A stretch of 64,000 nt of DNA from an uncultured Planctomycetota bacterium (GCA_964530615.1 CAZHAR010000025.1:2129-66128); one strand, 5' to 3'. Counted from the stretch's first letter, positions 27,159 through 36,991 are shown. Translations and numbers: made by a program. Notes: generated by a model not told the origin, from the letters alone.

Positions 27159-27170
27159 AGAGAGTTTTTT

Positions 27171-28493
27171 ATGAAAATTTTTCTGATCCTTATTCCACTC
27201 TTCTTCTTTTTTTCTGTAGAGGCCCAAAAAAAACTATTGCCGGAAGAAAAAGAAACGCTGGAACAACTGGTTAAAAAATATTTTGAAACCTCTAATTTCA
27301 CCCTGAAACAAGATATCTTAAAGCAAACGGCTCAATATGATCCTATTACCGCAAGTGACGCTCAATGGCTGGCACAATATATTTTGCAGTTCTGTCAGAG
27401 TGGCTCTAAACTTCAAGATTCAGGGAAAGGTACTTTAAAACGAGAGGAGATTCTTAAACTCTATGAAGGCTTGCCTATCCCGGAAGGCGCTTCCGACGGA
27501 GAAGAGGGGATCTATTATGTGGTCGGGGGCAAGAAAAAACAGAAACAGCCGCTTTTAATTGGTTTACACGGGGGTGGAAAAGGGGAAGGCGATGGACAGT
27601 CCGCGGCATCTCAATGGTCTGGTGCCGCCGGAAAAGGCTGTATTTGCATTTTTCCCACCGTCACTAATAAAACAGAGGTCGCCTGGAACTCGGAACGCGA
27701 AGAACTCTATGTTCTGGACCTCATTGAGCGCGCTAAAAGAACGTTTTTGATCGATACCAACCGGATCTATGTCGTGGGACATTCAATGGGAGGCTTTGGA
27801 ACGTGGTCCATTGGCTCGATCCACGCCGATCACTTTGCAGCTCTTTCGGCGAATGCTGGCGGAGTCCCTGTCAAATTAGAAGAAGGTTGGGTTGAACGGG
27901 GCTTTCTTCCTAATTTATTTGATACTCCCATTTTTTATTTTCATAGTGTAGATGACCTACAGGTTCCGTACGATCGACTTGTTCTTGTCGATCATCTTAT
28001 GAGTGAGCTTGAAAAAGAGTTCTCTAAATGGAAACTTTATAAACATCAGTTTCAATCCTACACGAATATCGGGCATGGATTTCCTTCGGATTGGAACACG
28101 AACCGGATTTTAGATTGGGTTCTGAAATATAAGCGAGATCCCTATCCCTCTTATGTGATTTGGGAACCAAGGCGCACGTATAAACAGGTTTTTTATAACC
28201 TCTATCTCAAAGATCCAGACGCTTTTTATAATAAAAGAACAGCGCCTCGAATTATCGAAGAAATTAAAAATAAATCCGAGATCGACCTCACCATCGAACA
28301 AACACTGACCCATCTTTCCGTGCTTTTAAATCCTAAACAAATTGACTTTAAAAAGCCGCTCCTCCTTAAAAAAAATGGAAAAAAAGTGTTTGAAGGGATT
28401 CCCGAATATTCCGCATGGGCCCTTTTGGTTTCTATTGGACAAAATCGTGATCCCGAACAATATTTTCTAGGACGTATTAAAGTCCCTGATTAG
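27171..28493 (+). CDS. Secreted alpha/beta hydrolase (esterase-like)
   Basis: Signal peptide; LHGGG oxyanion region; GHSMGG nucleophile elbow; later Asp and GH(G)F residues. Confidence 0.8.
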   Translation: MKIFLILIPLFFFFSVEAQKKLLPEEKETLEQLVKKYFETSNFTLKQDILKQTAQYDPITASDAQWLAQYILQFCQSGSKLQDSGKGTLKREEILKLYEGLPIPEGASDGEEGIYYVVGGKKKQKQPLLIGLHGGGKGEGDGQSAASQWSGAAGKGCICIFPTVTNKTEVAWNSEREELYVLDLIERAKRTFLIDTNRIYVVGHSMGGFGTWSIGSIHADHFAALSANAGGVPVKLEEGWVERGFLPNLFDTPIFYFHSVDDLQVPYDRLVLVDHLMSELEKEFSKWKLYKHQFQSYTNIGHGFPSDWNTNRILDWVLKYKRDPYPSYVIWEPRRTYKQVFYNLYLKDPDAFYNKRTAPRIIEEIKNKSEIDLTIEQTLTHLSVLLNPKQIDFKKPLLLKKNGKKVFEGIPEYSAWALLVSIGQNRDPEQYFLGRIKVPD

Positions 28494-28584
28494 TGTCCCT
28501 TTTTGGAGGGGGTTGGGGGAGGATTGTCCCCCTTTGGAGGGGGTTGGGGGAGGATTGTCCCCCTTTGGAGGGGGTTGGGGGAGG
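28494..28584. repeat. Three tandem 31-bp G-rich REP-like units between convergent genes
   Basis: Unit TGTCCCCCTTTGGAGGGGGTTGGGGGAGGAT starts at 28494, 28525 and 28556. The first copy has 2 differences and the third is truncated by 2 nt. Confidence 0.9.
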
Positions 28585-29058
28585 TTAGTCTTTGTGAAAG
28601 GTAATTTGTCCTTCTGGAAGAAAATAAAGAATCAACATCTTTCCCTCAATCACCGTAGGAATATGAGTTGATTTGGGTGGATAAATAGTCCATCCCGGAG
28701 GATTTCCGTCAAATTTAGGAGTGCCCTCAAGGGCAAAACAAAGATCGATTTCCCCTAACGGGTGCGTGTGTTTGGGTCCGGGACCATTCATCATAACCGC
28801 ATCGACGGCATATCGTTTTTCATTTTCTTCGGGCTTAATGACACGAGAAAAACGAATATTCCCGTTGCTTTTGTGACAAATCCACCCTTCATTGATGCCA
28901 GATTGAGCGAGTCGAAAGACTTCCTGAATAAAAGGATTTTCGAGCGAATATTGTTGCTCTAGCGATTTCTTGCATTGTTTGGGTTGTTCTAAATTAAGGG
29001 TGCTACTATAAAGAATCATTGATCTGAGGTGCGCTTCCAAAGCCTCACGTGTTGCCAT
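28585..29058 (-). CDS. DUF4863/PnbB-like cupin protein
   Basis: Motifs GPKHTHPLGEIDLC, FDGNPPGW and STHIPTV..GKMLILYFLPEG. Confidence 0.8.
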   Translation of the reverse strand: MATREALEAHLRSMILYSSTLNLEQPKQCKKSLEQQYSLENPFIQEVFRLAQSGINEGWICHKSNGNIRFSRVIKPEENEKRYAVDAVMMNGPGPKHTHPLGEIDLCFALEGTPKFDGNPPGWTIYPPKSTHIPTVIEGKMLILYFLPEGQITFHKD

Positions 29059-29126
29059 AGATCTCTCCGTTTATCCTGATATTTGATGAAAACGTAGAGT
29101 ATACCTTTCTCGGATAAAAACAAAAA

Positions 29127-30632
29127 TTATTTTTTTTGATTTGGATTCATCGGGGGAGCCGGTGGATTGGGTCGAGCTGGATATTTTGACGGAACTCCAG
29201 TTCCGGTAGGTGGCGGTGCGTAGGCAGGCGGTTTTTGAAAGGAACCTGACGCATAACCCGATCCGGTCGTGGGAGGCGTCTGCCCTCCGGGTAAAGGCGG
29301 GCGATAAGGAGATTGTTGCGGATTTCCTTGTGAATTGCCATAAGGAGGAGGTGAGGAATAGGTTCCCGGCTGATTTTGTGGTTTTGGATAGGCACCCGGA
29401 GGGGTTCCCGGTGTCGAATGAAATGAACCTTGGGTTTGCTGTGGATTATAAGTTCCCGGAGGATGTTGTTGAAGGGTGGATCCTTGGTTTTGAGAATAAG
29501 GCGTTCCGGGACGTCCCACATTTTGGTTTGCCTGAGGGTAAGAAGGTTGCATTCCAGGATTTGCAGGGTTTCCATAGTGAGGTGGAGGCGTTTGCGGACG
29601 TCCTTGTTGAGGGTTATATTGTTGAGGAGAAGCGTTTCCGCCCCAATAGGCTCCCTGAGGATTAGTCACATTTCCGGGAGAATAAGCAGGTTGTTGTGGA
29701 TACCCGGGGGGTTGTTGTGGAGGATATCCATAAGGAGGTGGATTATTATAAGGAGCGGGATTCGTCTGAGGTTGATAGGCGGGCGGTTGGGTCGTGGTTG
29801 GAAACGCGTTTCCATACCCGGGGGGTTGTTGTGGAGGATATCCATAAGGAGACTGCGGAGTATAGGATGGAGGTTGTCCTTGTCCTTGTCCTTGATAGGG
29901 CTGTGGAGTCTGATAGGGTGAAGCGTTGGTGCCATAATTGGAAGAAGAATTGTTATTTTGAGGATAATTCTGGATTGGACTTCCGACAGGCGCAGAAGGC
30001 ATCTTAGGAGCGATTCGGGAACCCCGATTTTGAGAAGTGTTGATATTGGCGTTTCCCGACAATTTTTCAAGAACTAAAGTCGCGATCGCTTTCAATGTTT
30101 CAAAAACACCCGTTCCTTTAAAAGCGACGGCTTCAACGGCAGGGACATGATATTTATTCAACGCATCGTTCATTTCTTGAACGGTATGAATATTTGGAAG
30201 ATCTCGTTTATTGTATTGCAAAACAAAAGGGATTTTGGACAATTCAATTTCATGCTCTTTTAAATTATCTTCCAGATTTTTGAGCGACTCTAGATTTTCT
30301 TTCATTTTCTCTTTTTGAGAATCCGCAACAAAAACGAGACCATCCGCGCCCGTGAGTACCAATTTTCGGGTGGCGTTATAATACGCCTGTCCAGGAACGG
30401 TATAAAGTTGAAATTTTGTTGCCATTCCTGCAATCTGGCCCAAATCTAAAGGTTTATAGTCGAAATAAAGTGTGCGATCTCCTTCAGTGGCAATTGACGT
30501 TAGATTCCCTTTATCTTGATTGGGATCTTTCTCGTGGATAATTTCTAAATTGGTGGTTTTTCCACTTAATCCCGGTCCATAAAAAACAACCTTGCAAGAG
30601 ATTTCTCTCCGGGCGTAATTAATTTGAGGCAT
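29127..30632 (-). CDS. mglA: MglA-family small Ras-like GTPase with an approximately 300-aa Pro/Gln/Tyr/Gly-rich C-terminal extension
   Basis: Motifs KVVFYGPGLSGKTTN, TEGDRTLYFD, YTVPGQAYYNATR and QYNKRDL. Confidence 0.9.
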   Translation of the reverse strand: MPQINYARREISCKVVFYGPGLSGKTTNLEIIHEKDPNQDKGNLTSIATEGDRTLYFDYKPLDLGQIAGMATKFQLYTVPGQAYYNATRKLVLTGADGLVFVADSQKEKMKENLESLKNLEDNLKEHEIELSKIPFVLQYNKRDLPNIHTVQEMNDALNKYHVPAVEAVAFKGTGVFETLKAIATLVLEKLSGNANINTSQNRGSRIAPKMPSAPVGSPIQNYPQNNNSSSNYGTNASPYQTPQPYQGQGQGQPPSYTPQSPYGYPPQQPPGYGNAFPTTTQPPAYQPQTNPAPYNNPPPYGYPPQQPPGYPQQPAYSPGNVTNPQGAYWGGNASPQQYNPQQGRPQTPPPHYGNPANPGMQPSYPQANQNVGRPGTPYSQNQGSTLQQHPPGTYNPQQTQGSFHSTPGTPPGAYPKPQNQPGTYSSPPPYGNSQGNPQQSPYRPPLPGGQTPPTTGSGYASGSFQKPPAYAPPPTGTGVPSKYPARPNPPAPPMNPNQKK

Positions 30633-30827
30633 AAATATTTTCCACCATAAAGGTTATACGTGATTTCTTGCGATTTTCAGCAGGTAAGCCGTGATCAATT
30701 TGTTTAAGGAGCCAGAATCAAGAATTTTTTTGAAAGAAGTTGTTTCTTCCTTGCGAGCAGAGGCTCCCTTTTATAAAATAAGTTCTAAATTTTACCCGAA
30801 ATCACACCCAAGAACCAAATTTCTCTG

Positions 30828-31904
30828 ATGTTAGCTATTTTCTTCTTTTTGGAAAAAAATGTCAACTTCAAACTAATGGATAATACGATTATGGCACATT
30901 CCTCCACATTTACTGTTGTTTTTGCGCTTATCGGAAATATCGGAATTGCGATAGCCAAATACGTGGGTTGGTTTTTCACGGGCTCGGGTGCCTTTTTGGC
31001 GGAAGCCTTTCATAGTACGGCCGATGTGATCAATCAAGCTTTTTTATTAGTGGGTTTAAAACGAGCTGATCGCGAGAGCGATGAACTTTATCACTATGGC
31101 TATGGGAAAGCCAATTTTTTTTGGAGTTTTATCTCTGCGCTGGGTGTTTTCGTTTTTGGAGCCGCGTTAAGTATCTATCACGGAATCCACAGTTTTATGC
31201 ACCCTGATTTGACGGCCCATCTCCAAATACAAAAATTTTTGCTTTTAAGCTTTATTATTTTAGGGGTCAATTTTATTGTGGATTTGAGTTCTCTCTGGGT
31301 AGCGTTAAAAGAACTCAATCATTCTCGTCAAGGAATTTCGCTTAAAAAATATATTAAAGAAAGCACCAATCCCACGACGATTGCGGTTTTTCTAGAAGAT
31401 ATTGCCGCCTGCTTGGGGGTCTTTTTGGCAATGTTGAGTATTGGGTTAACGATTTTTTTTAAATCGCCGTACCCAGACGCGGTTGGTTCTATTCTTATTG
31501 GTTTGATGATGGCTGGGCTTTCGATTTTTTTAATGCTAAAAAATAAGAGTCTGTTAATGGGAAAAGCAATTGCTCCGGAAATGCAGACGAAGATTCTGAA
31601 CGCGCTAAAAAGTATGGAGTCTGTTGAATCTGTCAATGAAATCAAGAGTATGGTGATCTCGGCTAAGGAATTTAAGTTGAAGGCGCATATTGATTTTAAA
31701 GGAGCCTATTTTTTAAAATCGATTCCTGAAGCCGAGATTGAAAAATACCATCGATCCATTAAAAACTATGAGGATTTTAAGAAATTTCTGGAAATGTTTT
31801 CTGATCTGATTGGAGAGAAGATGTCCGATGAAATTGATCGGATTGAAATGGAACTTCAAAAGCAATTTCCGGGTATGAAAAATTTGACCGTAGAGCCTGA
31901 CTAA
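30828..31904 (+). CDS. Cation diffusion facilitator (CDF) family transporter; real start is probably ATG 30876 or 30891
   Basis: Motifs SGAFLAEAFHSTAD, YHYGYGK and EDIAA. Confidence 0.9.
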   Translation: MLAIFFFLEKNVNFKLMDNTIMAHSSTFTVVFALIGNIGIAIAKYVGWFFTGSGAFLAEAFHSTADVINQAFLLVGLKRADRESDELYHYGYGKANFFWSFISALGVFVFGAALSIYHGIHSFMHPDLTAHLQIQKFLLLSFIILGVNFIVDLSSLWVALKELNHSRQGISLKKYIKESTNPTTIAVFLEDIAACLGVFLAMLSIGLTIFFKSPYPDAVGSILIGLMMAGLSIFLMLKNKSLLMGKAIAPEMQTKILNALKSMESVESVNEIKSMVISAKEFKLKAHIDFKGAYFLKSIPEAEIEKYHRSIKNYEDFKKFLEMFSDLIGEKMSDEIDRIEMELQKQFPGMKNLTVEPD

Positions 31905-31921
31905 AAAGGCTTTTACAAAAG

Positions 31922-33187
31922 TCATTTTTTTCCCCAGTCCCTCCATTTTTGGAGGGATTCTTTTTGTAAATCAGGAGATTTTGACGGATCATATCCAAAA
32001 GAATTTGGGTTCCAGCGAGTTAAGAGGGCAAAGGCCAAACACCGTTGGGGATAAGCTGAACTTTGGAGGAACTCTACTAGGGGAAGAAGGCTCTCCTTGG
32101 AGTTAAAATCTTCTTTTAAGACAAAACAGGCAAACCAAAATACTCCGAAGTCAGGGTCTTGAAGAGCCTGACGAAAAATTTTTTCTTTACTTTCGATCGA
32201 GAGTGTCCGAATTTTTTTGAGTGCGCTTAATCTTGTGGTTGGCTGGGGATCTTTTGTCGCTTCTAGAATAAAGAGAAGAAGTGTTTCTTCTGAAATAAGT
32301 GGAGTTGTTTCTTCGAGAAACAAGCGAGCCACCGTATCTTCTATTGAAGAAGTATTTAAGGGCGAGGGCTGAAAAACCGAAAAAGAAACGTAGTAAACCG
32401 ATCCTCCCAAAAGGAGGGGAATCCCTGCAATCAAGAGAATACTTTTTTTAGACTTGGATTTTCCTTCTAAATAGCGCGCGAGAACGATGCCTACTTGATA
32501 GAGCAAAATCATAGGAATGGCGACCAAAGTTTGTGTAACCGCATCCGGTGGCGTCAAAATCGCGGCTAAAATAAAAGCGAAAAGAATAAAAAATCGGAAT
32601 TGTTTTTGAAAGGTTTCGGATTGAACGATTTTAGCCTGGCTCAAAAAGCCCATAATAATGGGAACTTCAAACGTGATGCCCAAAACAAAGGCCATTACTA
32701 AAAAAAACGTAAAATATTCATCGATGCTAATTAAAGGCTCAATAAATCGATTTTCTGGAGAATTTCCGTAAGCAATTAAAAAGCGTAATCCAAAGGGAAG
32801 CACCAAAAAATAGAAAAAAAGAACTCCCAGAAGGAAACAAATGATGGAGAGTGGTGCGAATAAGTAGATGTATTTTTTTTCTTCGGTATAGAGTCCAGCA
32901 CCAATAAAGGACCATCCTTGATAGAAAATAAAAGGGCTGGAAAAAAAGAACCCGGTGAGTAACGCCACTTTTAAATGAGCGAGAAATGCGCCGGAGATGT
33001 TGCTTTGAACGACTCGTGGCATATATCCCTGTTCTTTCATTACTTGAAGGAAGGGATTCACAATCATTTTGAGGAGTGTATCGGCGTAATAGAAACAAAT
33101 ACAGGTCGTTACTAAGAGTGCCAAAAAAGAAAAAATAACTCTTAATCGAAGTTCCTCTAAATGTTCCCCCAGTGTCATCGTTTTCAT
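31922..33187 (-). CDS. tatC: Twin-arginine translocase subunit TatC with an extra TM helix and a HEAT-like C-terminal domain
   Basis: Motifs MTLGEHLEELR.R, FI..GLY..EKK, FEVP and AAILTPPD...Q..VAIPM.LLY. Confidence 0.92.
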   Translation of the reverse strand: MKTMTLGEHLEELRLRVIFSFLALLVTTCICFYYADTLLKMIVNPFLQVMKEQGYMPRVVQSNISGAFLAHLKVALLTGFFFSSPFIFYQGWSFIGAGLYTEEKKYIYLFAPLSIICFLLGVLFFYFLVLPFGLRFLIAYGNSPENRFIEPLISIDEYFTFFLVMAFVLGITFEVPIIMGFLSQAKIVQSETFQKQFRFFILFAFILAAILTPPDAVTQTLVAIPMILLYQVGIVLARYLEGKSKSKKSILLIAGIPLLLGGSVYYVSFSVFQPSPLNTSSIEDTVARLFLEETTPLISEETLLLFILEATKDPQPTTRLSALKKIRTLSIESKEKIFRQALQDPDFGVFWFACFVLKEDFNSKESLLPLVEFLQSSAYPQRCLAFALLTRWNPNSFGYDPSKSPDLQKESLQKWRDWGKK

Positions 33188-33211
33188 GAAAAATCACTCG
33201 ATGCTGAAGAT

Positions 33212-33251
33212 AAAAGAAAAAGACCCCACCCATAGCATAGGCGGGGTCTTT
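33212..33251 (-). terminator. Probable Rho-independent terminator between the coiled-coil gene pair and tatC
   Basis: Minus strand AAAGACCCC...GGGGTCTTT, stem extended by G-U pairs, followed by TTCTTTT. Confidence 0.7.
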
Positions 33252-33280
33252 GTTGAAAACGTGAAAAGAAGAAGGATGGC

Positions 33281-34564
33281 TTAGTCTTTTCCAAGCAATC
33301 GTAGAATATCAATTTCTCTTAGGACTTCGATATCATAACGGAGTCCATCGATATAGTTTGGATGGCTTTCGTAGTCTTTTCCAATAATGATGTAAGAGGT
33401 TCGAACATCGGTTTTTTGTGTCACTTTCCAACCTAACTCTTCGATCATTTTAGCCACTTCTTCGTTTGAATAGCGTCCGACTAAACGACCGGCGAACGTA
33501 AAATATTGGGTTTTAGTCACATCAAAAACTTCGTTGACGATTTGATCTGCGATATCGATGGGATATTCTGTATCCAGATTTTGAGTGATCGCGACAATAG
33601 ACATTTCGTCCAAGACTTTTTTAACTTCAATTTCGCCTTTATCGGAGCGGACCCCTTTCTTCCCAAAGCGGAAGACAGAGAATTTTTGACCGACCGAAAC
33701 TCCGGATTCGCGACCAATATTGATGTAGGCCACACGGTTGGGAAAGTCTACAAAAACGACCTGTCCATCGGGAGCGTTGGGGGCTTCTGCTATTTTTTCC
33801 GAAATAGGGCTTTCCGGTTCTGGATTTTTAATTTTAGCGACGCGATCCAAAACTTCTTCCAACTTGCCTTCCAATTCTATTTTTTCTAAGCGAAATTGTC
33901 CTTTGATGTTGTTTATTTCATCTTTCGCTTCGTTCTTTTCTCGGCGGGCGTTTTCCCGATCGATCATCAAGTTTGCAATTTCTTCCTGCATTAGTTTTTC
34001 TGCGGCGGCTTTATCTTGCAAAAGTTGTTCTACACGAGATTTTTGAATTTTCAAATTCTCTTGTTTGCTACTGCGTTCGGTAGCCACTTCTTTAATTTTT
34101 TGTTCCAGAGCTTCCCGACTCGTTTTTTGTATTTCTTCTTCTTTTTTGATGCGATCTTTAAAGTAAAGAATATAAGATTGGACATTGGCATCCGCTCTTA
34201 ACTCATAGATAGTATCTAATCCGGGAGTTTTAGGATAAATGGGAGTTCCTTCACGACTGGTATTGACGCGTTCTATCCAGGCAAGAAGTGATTCTATAGG
34301 GGTCTGGTTTTCGTCTTTTCGAAAACCGACGCCACAAAGATTTTGCAAAGTCTCTGATTGTCGCTTGACCTCTTCGATTTCGGTTAGAAGTCGGGTGACT
34401 TTTTCGCTACTGGAAACTTTATCTAATTTCAAATCTGAGAGTTCTTTATTGGCGCGAGCGACGCTATCGTGAATGATATACCAAGCATAAATTGTTCCGA
34501 TCAATAAAGTCAGAACAATAACTGCTGGAATAGGTGAAATTCCTTGTTTAGAGCGATATCTCAT
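33281..34564 (-). CDS. Membrane-anchored coiled-coil protein with a beta-barrel domain and a C-terminal BRCT-like domain (paralog 2)
   Basis: N-terminal TM helix; long heptad region; DGQVV..D...AYINIG..GV..GQKF; FAG...YSNEEVAKMIEELGWKV...TSYIIIG. Confidence 0.7.
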   Translation of the reverse strand: MRYRSKQGISPIPAVIVLTLLIGTIYAWYIIHDSVARANKELSDLKLDKVSSSEKVTRLLTEIEEVKRQSETLQNLCGVGFRKDENQTPIESLLAWIERVNTSREGTPIYPKTPGLDTIYELRADANVQSYILYFKDRIKKEEEIQKTSREALEQKIKEVATERSSKQENLKIQKSRVEQLLQDKAAAEKLMQEEIANLMIDRENARREKNEAKDEINNIKGQFRLEKIELEGKLEEVLDRVAKIKNPEPESPISEKIAEAPNAPDGQVVFVDFPNRVAYINIGRESGVSVGQKFSVFRFGKKGVRSDKGEIEVKKVLDEMSIVAITQNLDTEYPIDIADQIVNEVFDVTKTQYFTFAGRLVGRYSNEEVAKMIEELGWKVTQKTDVRTSYIIIGKDYESHPNYIDGLRYDIEVLREIDILRLLGKD

Positions 34565-34576
34565 GACTGTTTCTCC

Positions 34577-36031
34577 TCAATCTCCGACGTATTGAATAAA
34601 ATCTATATCTCGTACGACTTCGAGTCCCATTTCAAGGGCTTTTTTGAAATTAGGATCTTCGTCTAACCACCAAAAATCTTTTTTATCTTCCTCGACTGCG
34701 GCGGCCGCTTTGCCGTCTTCTCCTTCAGCATCAGGAGCGCCTTCGGTTTTCTTAAACGTTTTGTGTGCTTCAATACCGCCAGCAACTAGGATATCGGTGC
34801 GAACGGTGACTGTGGGTTTTCCTTCGCTATCCATTTCCACTTTGGCGCCGATATCTTCGCAAAAACGAATCATATCTTTTACTTTGAATCGGGACCCAAA
34901 GGTTTCGCCAGCAAAAGCGATGTATTTTGGATGTTCAGCATCCCACATAGGGTTCAAGAGATAATCTCCGGTAATGATGGGGTCGTATTTATCGAGTTCT
35001 TCCAAAATCACTACGCGACTCATATCTTCTTCCACTTGGTTGACTTCCACTTTCCCTTTGTAGCGAATTTGGCGTTCAGAACCATAACGGAAGACCATAA
35101 ATTTGAGTCCTTTGACCACATTCTTACGAGAACCGATATTGATATGGGTTAAACGGGTAATCGGATCGGAATAAACAATTTCGCCATCGGGCTCTTCATA
35201 GGATAATTTAAATAATTTCGCCGTTTTTTCAGAAGAAATTTTATCGGGTCGTTTTCCCAATTTTCGTTGACGAATCAAGATTTTAATTTCCTGACGTTGG
35301 CTACTGAGTTTAGAGCGCAACTGAGACAAAACACGTTTATTTTTCTTTTTAACGTCTTCGATTTGGGTTTTTATTTCGCGAGCCACATTGTAGGCTTCTT
35401 CTTTTTCGGTCGTGAGTTTAGTCACCATCTCTGCTTTTTTGGAATTAATTTGATTGATTTCTTCTTCTAAAGCGGCAATTCTGGCGACGAGAATAGAACT
35501 ACGATCATCTTTTTGAGAGCGTTCTTCATCTAAATAAGCTCGTGTTTTTTCAACATCGCTATTGAGAATAGCATTTTGTTCAAGCACGTTGGCATAATGA
35601 GGTTGAAGGGCCTCTATAAGCGTATGGAGATTCAAAGTTAAAGTGACCGGAATAGCTTCTTCTTCAACAAAGTCAATCTTCCCAACAAGTGCGGGATATT
35701 TGTAGTTTTGATTGTCGTCTTTTTCTCCTGCAAAAGACTTCAAGGTTTCTTTGACATCAGCGATTCTGATGGATTCTCCGGCTCCGATTTGAAAACCGAA
35801 TCCCATCAAGTTAGAAATTCCAGTGACTTCTTGCACGATGCTCAGTTTTTGCTGTTTTAGGATATCCATATCCTTTCCAGGCGGCATCTTTTCCGCGTCA
35901 TGGTTTTTCAGGCGGAGTTGGACCTGCGTAAATTTGTCGTAATCATTATAAGTAAATGCACCCATAATTAAGGTGAACGCAATGAATAGAACTAGAGGAA
36001 TTGGCGAATCCCCTCGCTTAGAACCAAACAT
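34577..36031 (-). CDS. Membrane-anchored coiled-coil protein with a beta-barrel domain and a C-terminal BRCT-like domain (paralog 1)
   Basis: Same architecture: DGEIV..D...THINIG..NV..GLKF and FAGE...FKVKDMIRFCEDIGAKV...TDILVAG. Confidence 0.7.
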   Translation of the reverse strand: MFGSKRGDSPIPLVLFIAFTLIMGAFTYNDYDKFTQVQLRLKNHDAEKMPPGKDMDILKQQKLSIVQEVTGISNLMGFGFQIGAGESIRIADVKETLKSFAGEKDDNQNYKYPALVGKIDFVEEEAIPVTLTLNLHTLIEALQPHYANVLEQNAILNSDVEKTRAYLDEERSQKDDRSSILVARIAALEEEINQINSKKAEMVTKLTTEKEEAYNVAREIKTQIEDVKKKNKRVLSQLRSKLSSQRQEIKILIRQRKLGKRPDKISSEKTAKLFKLSYEEPDGEIVYSDPITRLTHINIGSRKNVVKGLKFMVFRYGSERQIRYKGKVEVNQVEEDMSRVVILEELDKYDPIITGDYLLNPMWDAEHPKYIAFAGETFGSRFKVKDMIRFCEDIGAKVEMDSEGKPTVTVRTDILVAGGIEAHKTFKKTEGAPDAEGEDGKAAAAVEEDKKDFWWLDEDPNFKKALEMGLEVVRDIDFIQYVGD

Positions 36032-36297
36032 ATCCTTACCTCAAATAATCTTAATCTAAATGAAACCTGCTAAAATTATAAGTGAGCGATAATAAGAGTC
36101 AAGGTTAAAAATTAGGAAAAAATCTCTTGACATTTATCTTAAATCTTCCTAAAACAGATATCCATATAAAAATCATTTTACCTCTCTATCCTTTTGGATG
36201 TAGGGTTTAATGATCTGCCCTAACACCCTCCTCTTCCAATTCATTCCTTTTTTGTTTAATTCCTTCCCAACAGCTCTTCACAAGGCTGAGGTTCCTC

Positions 36298-36942
36298 TTG
36301 ATTGTTCTGGGTCTCATTGGTGGAATTGCCTGCGGAAAAAGCACCGTTAGTCAACTGTTTAAAGAACTGAAAGCGAAAGTTTTTTCTGCAGATCAAATCG
36401 TCCATAATCTTTTAGCTTCTCCGGAAATTCTTCAACAACTTACACAAACATTTGGCCCAGAAATTCTTGAGAGTAATAGCCAGGGTCAGGGTCAGATTTC
36501 CCGAAAAAAATTAGGATCTCTTGTTTTTGTTCATGAGGAAAAACTGAAAACACTTAATCAACTTTTACATCCTCCTGTTCTTCAGGAACTGGAAAAATTT
36601 CTTGTCCAATGTAAACAAGAAGAAAATCTTCTCAAAACACCTCTTCTTGTCGTGCTTGATATTCCACTTTTGATGGAAACAGATCTTCATCATCGGTGTG
36701 ATTTTTTAGTTTTTATCGATACACCAGAACCTCATCGTCAGAAATATGCCCAACTTCGAGGTTGGTTATCTGATGAAATTTTTAGACGAGAGCAACATCA
36801 ATTTTCCTTGCAGAAAAAAAAAGAAATTTCTCATTTTATTTTATCTAACTCCGAATCTCTTGAATCTTTAAGACAAAAAGTTTTTCAATTGAACCAAGAT
36901 ATTTTTCAACGCTACTCTGAGGAAAGAAAACGACTCTCCTAG
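36298..36942 (+). CDS. coaE: Dephospho-CoA kinase
   Basis: Motifs [23 protein letters not shown] and DIPLLME. Confidence 0.92.
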   Translation: MIVLGLIGGIACGKSTVSQLFKELKAKVFSADQIVHNLLASPEILQQLTQTFGPEILESNSQGQGQISRKKLGSLVFVHEEKLKTLNQLLHPPVLQELEKFLVQCKQEENLLKTPLLVVLDIPLLMETDLHHRCDFLVFIDTPEPHRQKYAQLRGWLSDEIFRREQHQFSLQKKKEISHFILSNSESLESLRQKVFQLNQDIFQRYSEERKRLS

Positions 36943-36991
36943 AAGAGTTTTCAGTGCTTTAAATAACATCTTTATCAGAAAAGGGGATCCT

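Noticed and set aside
28494-28584. Possible CRISPR array
   Set aside because: The units are directly adjacent with no unique spacers, and there are no cas genes.
29147-30070. Several 100-160-aa alternative-frame ORFs within mglA
   Set aside because: These are shadow ORFs caused by the stop-poor, Pro-rich low-complexity tail.
30690-30775. GGAGCC...GGCTCC-enclosed structure between mglA and the CDF gene (NiCo or other riboswitch?)
   Set aside because: It lacks the conserved NiCo junction nucleotides and matches no riboswitch consensus I know. An Infernal/Rfam scan would be needed.
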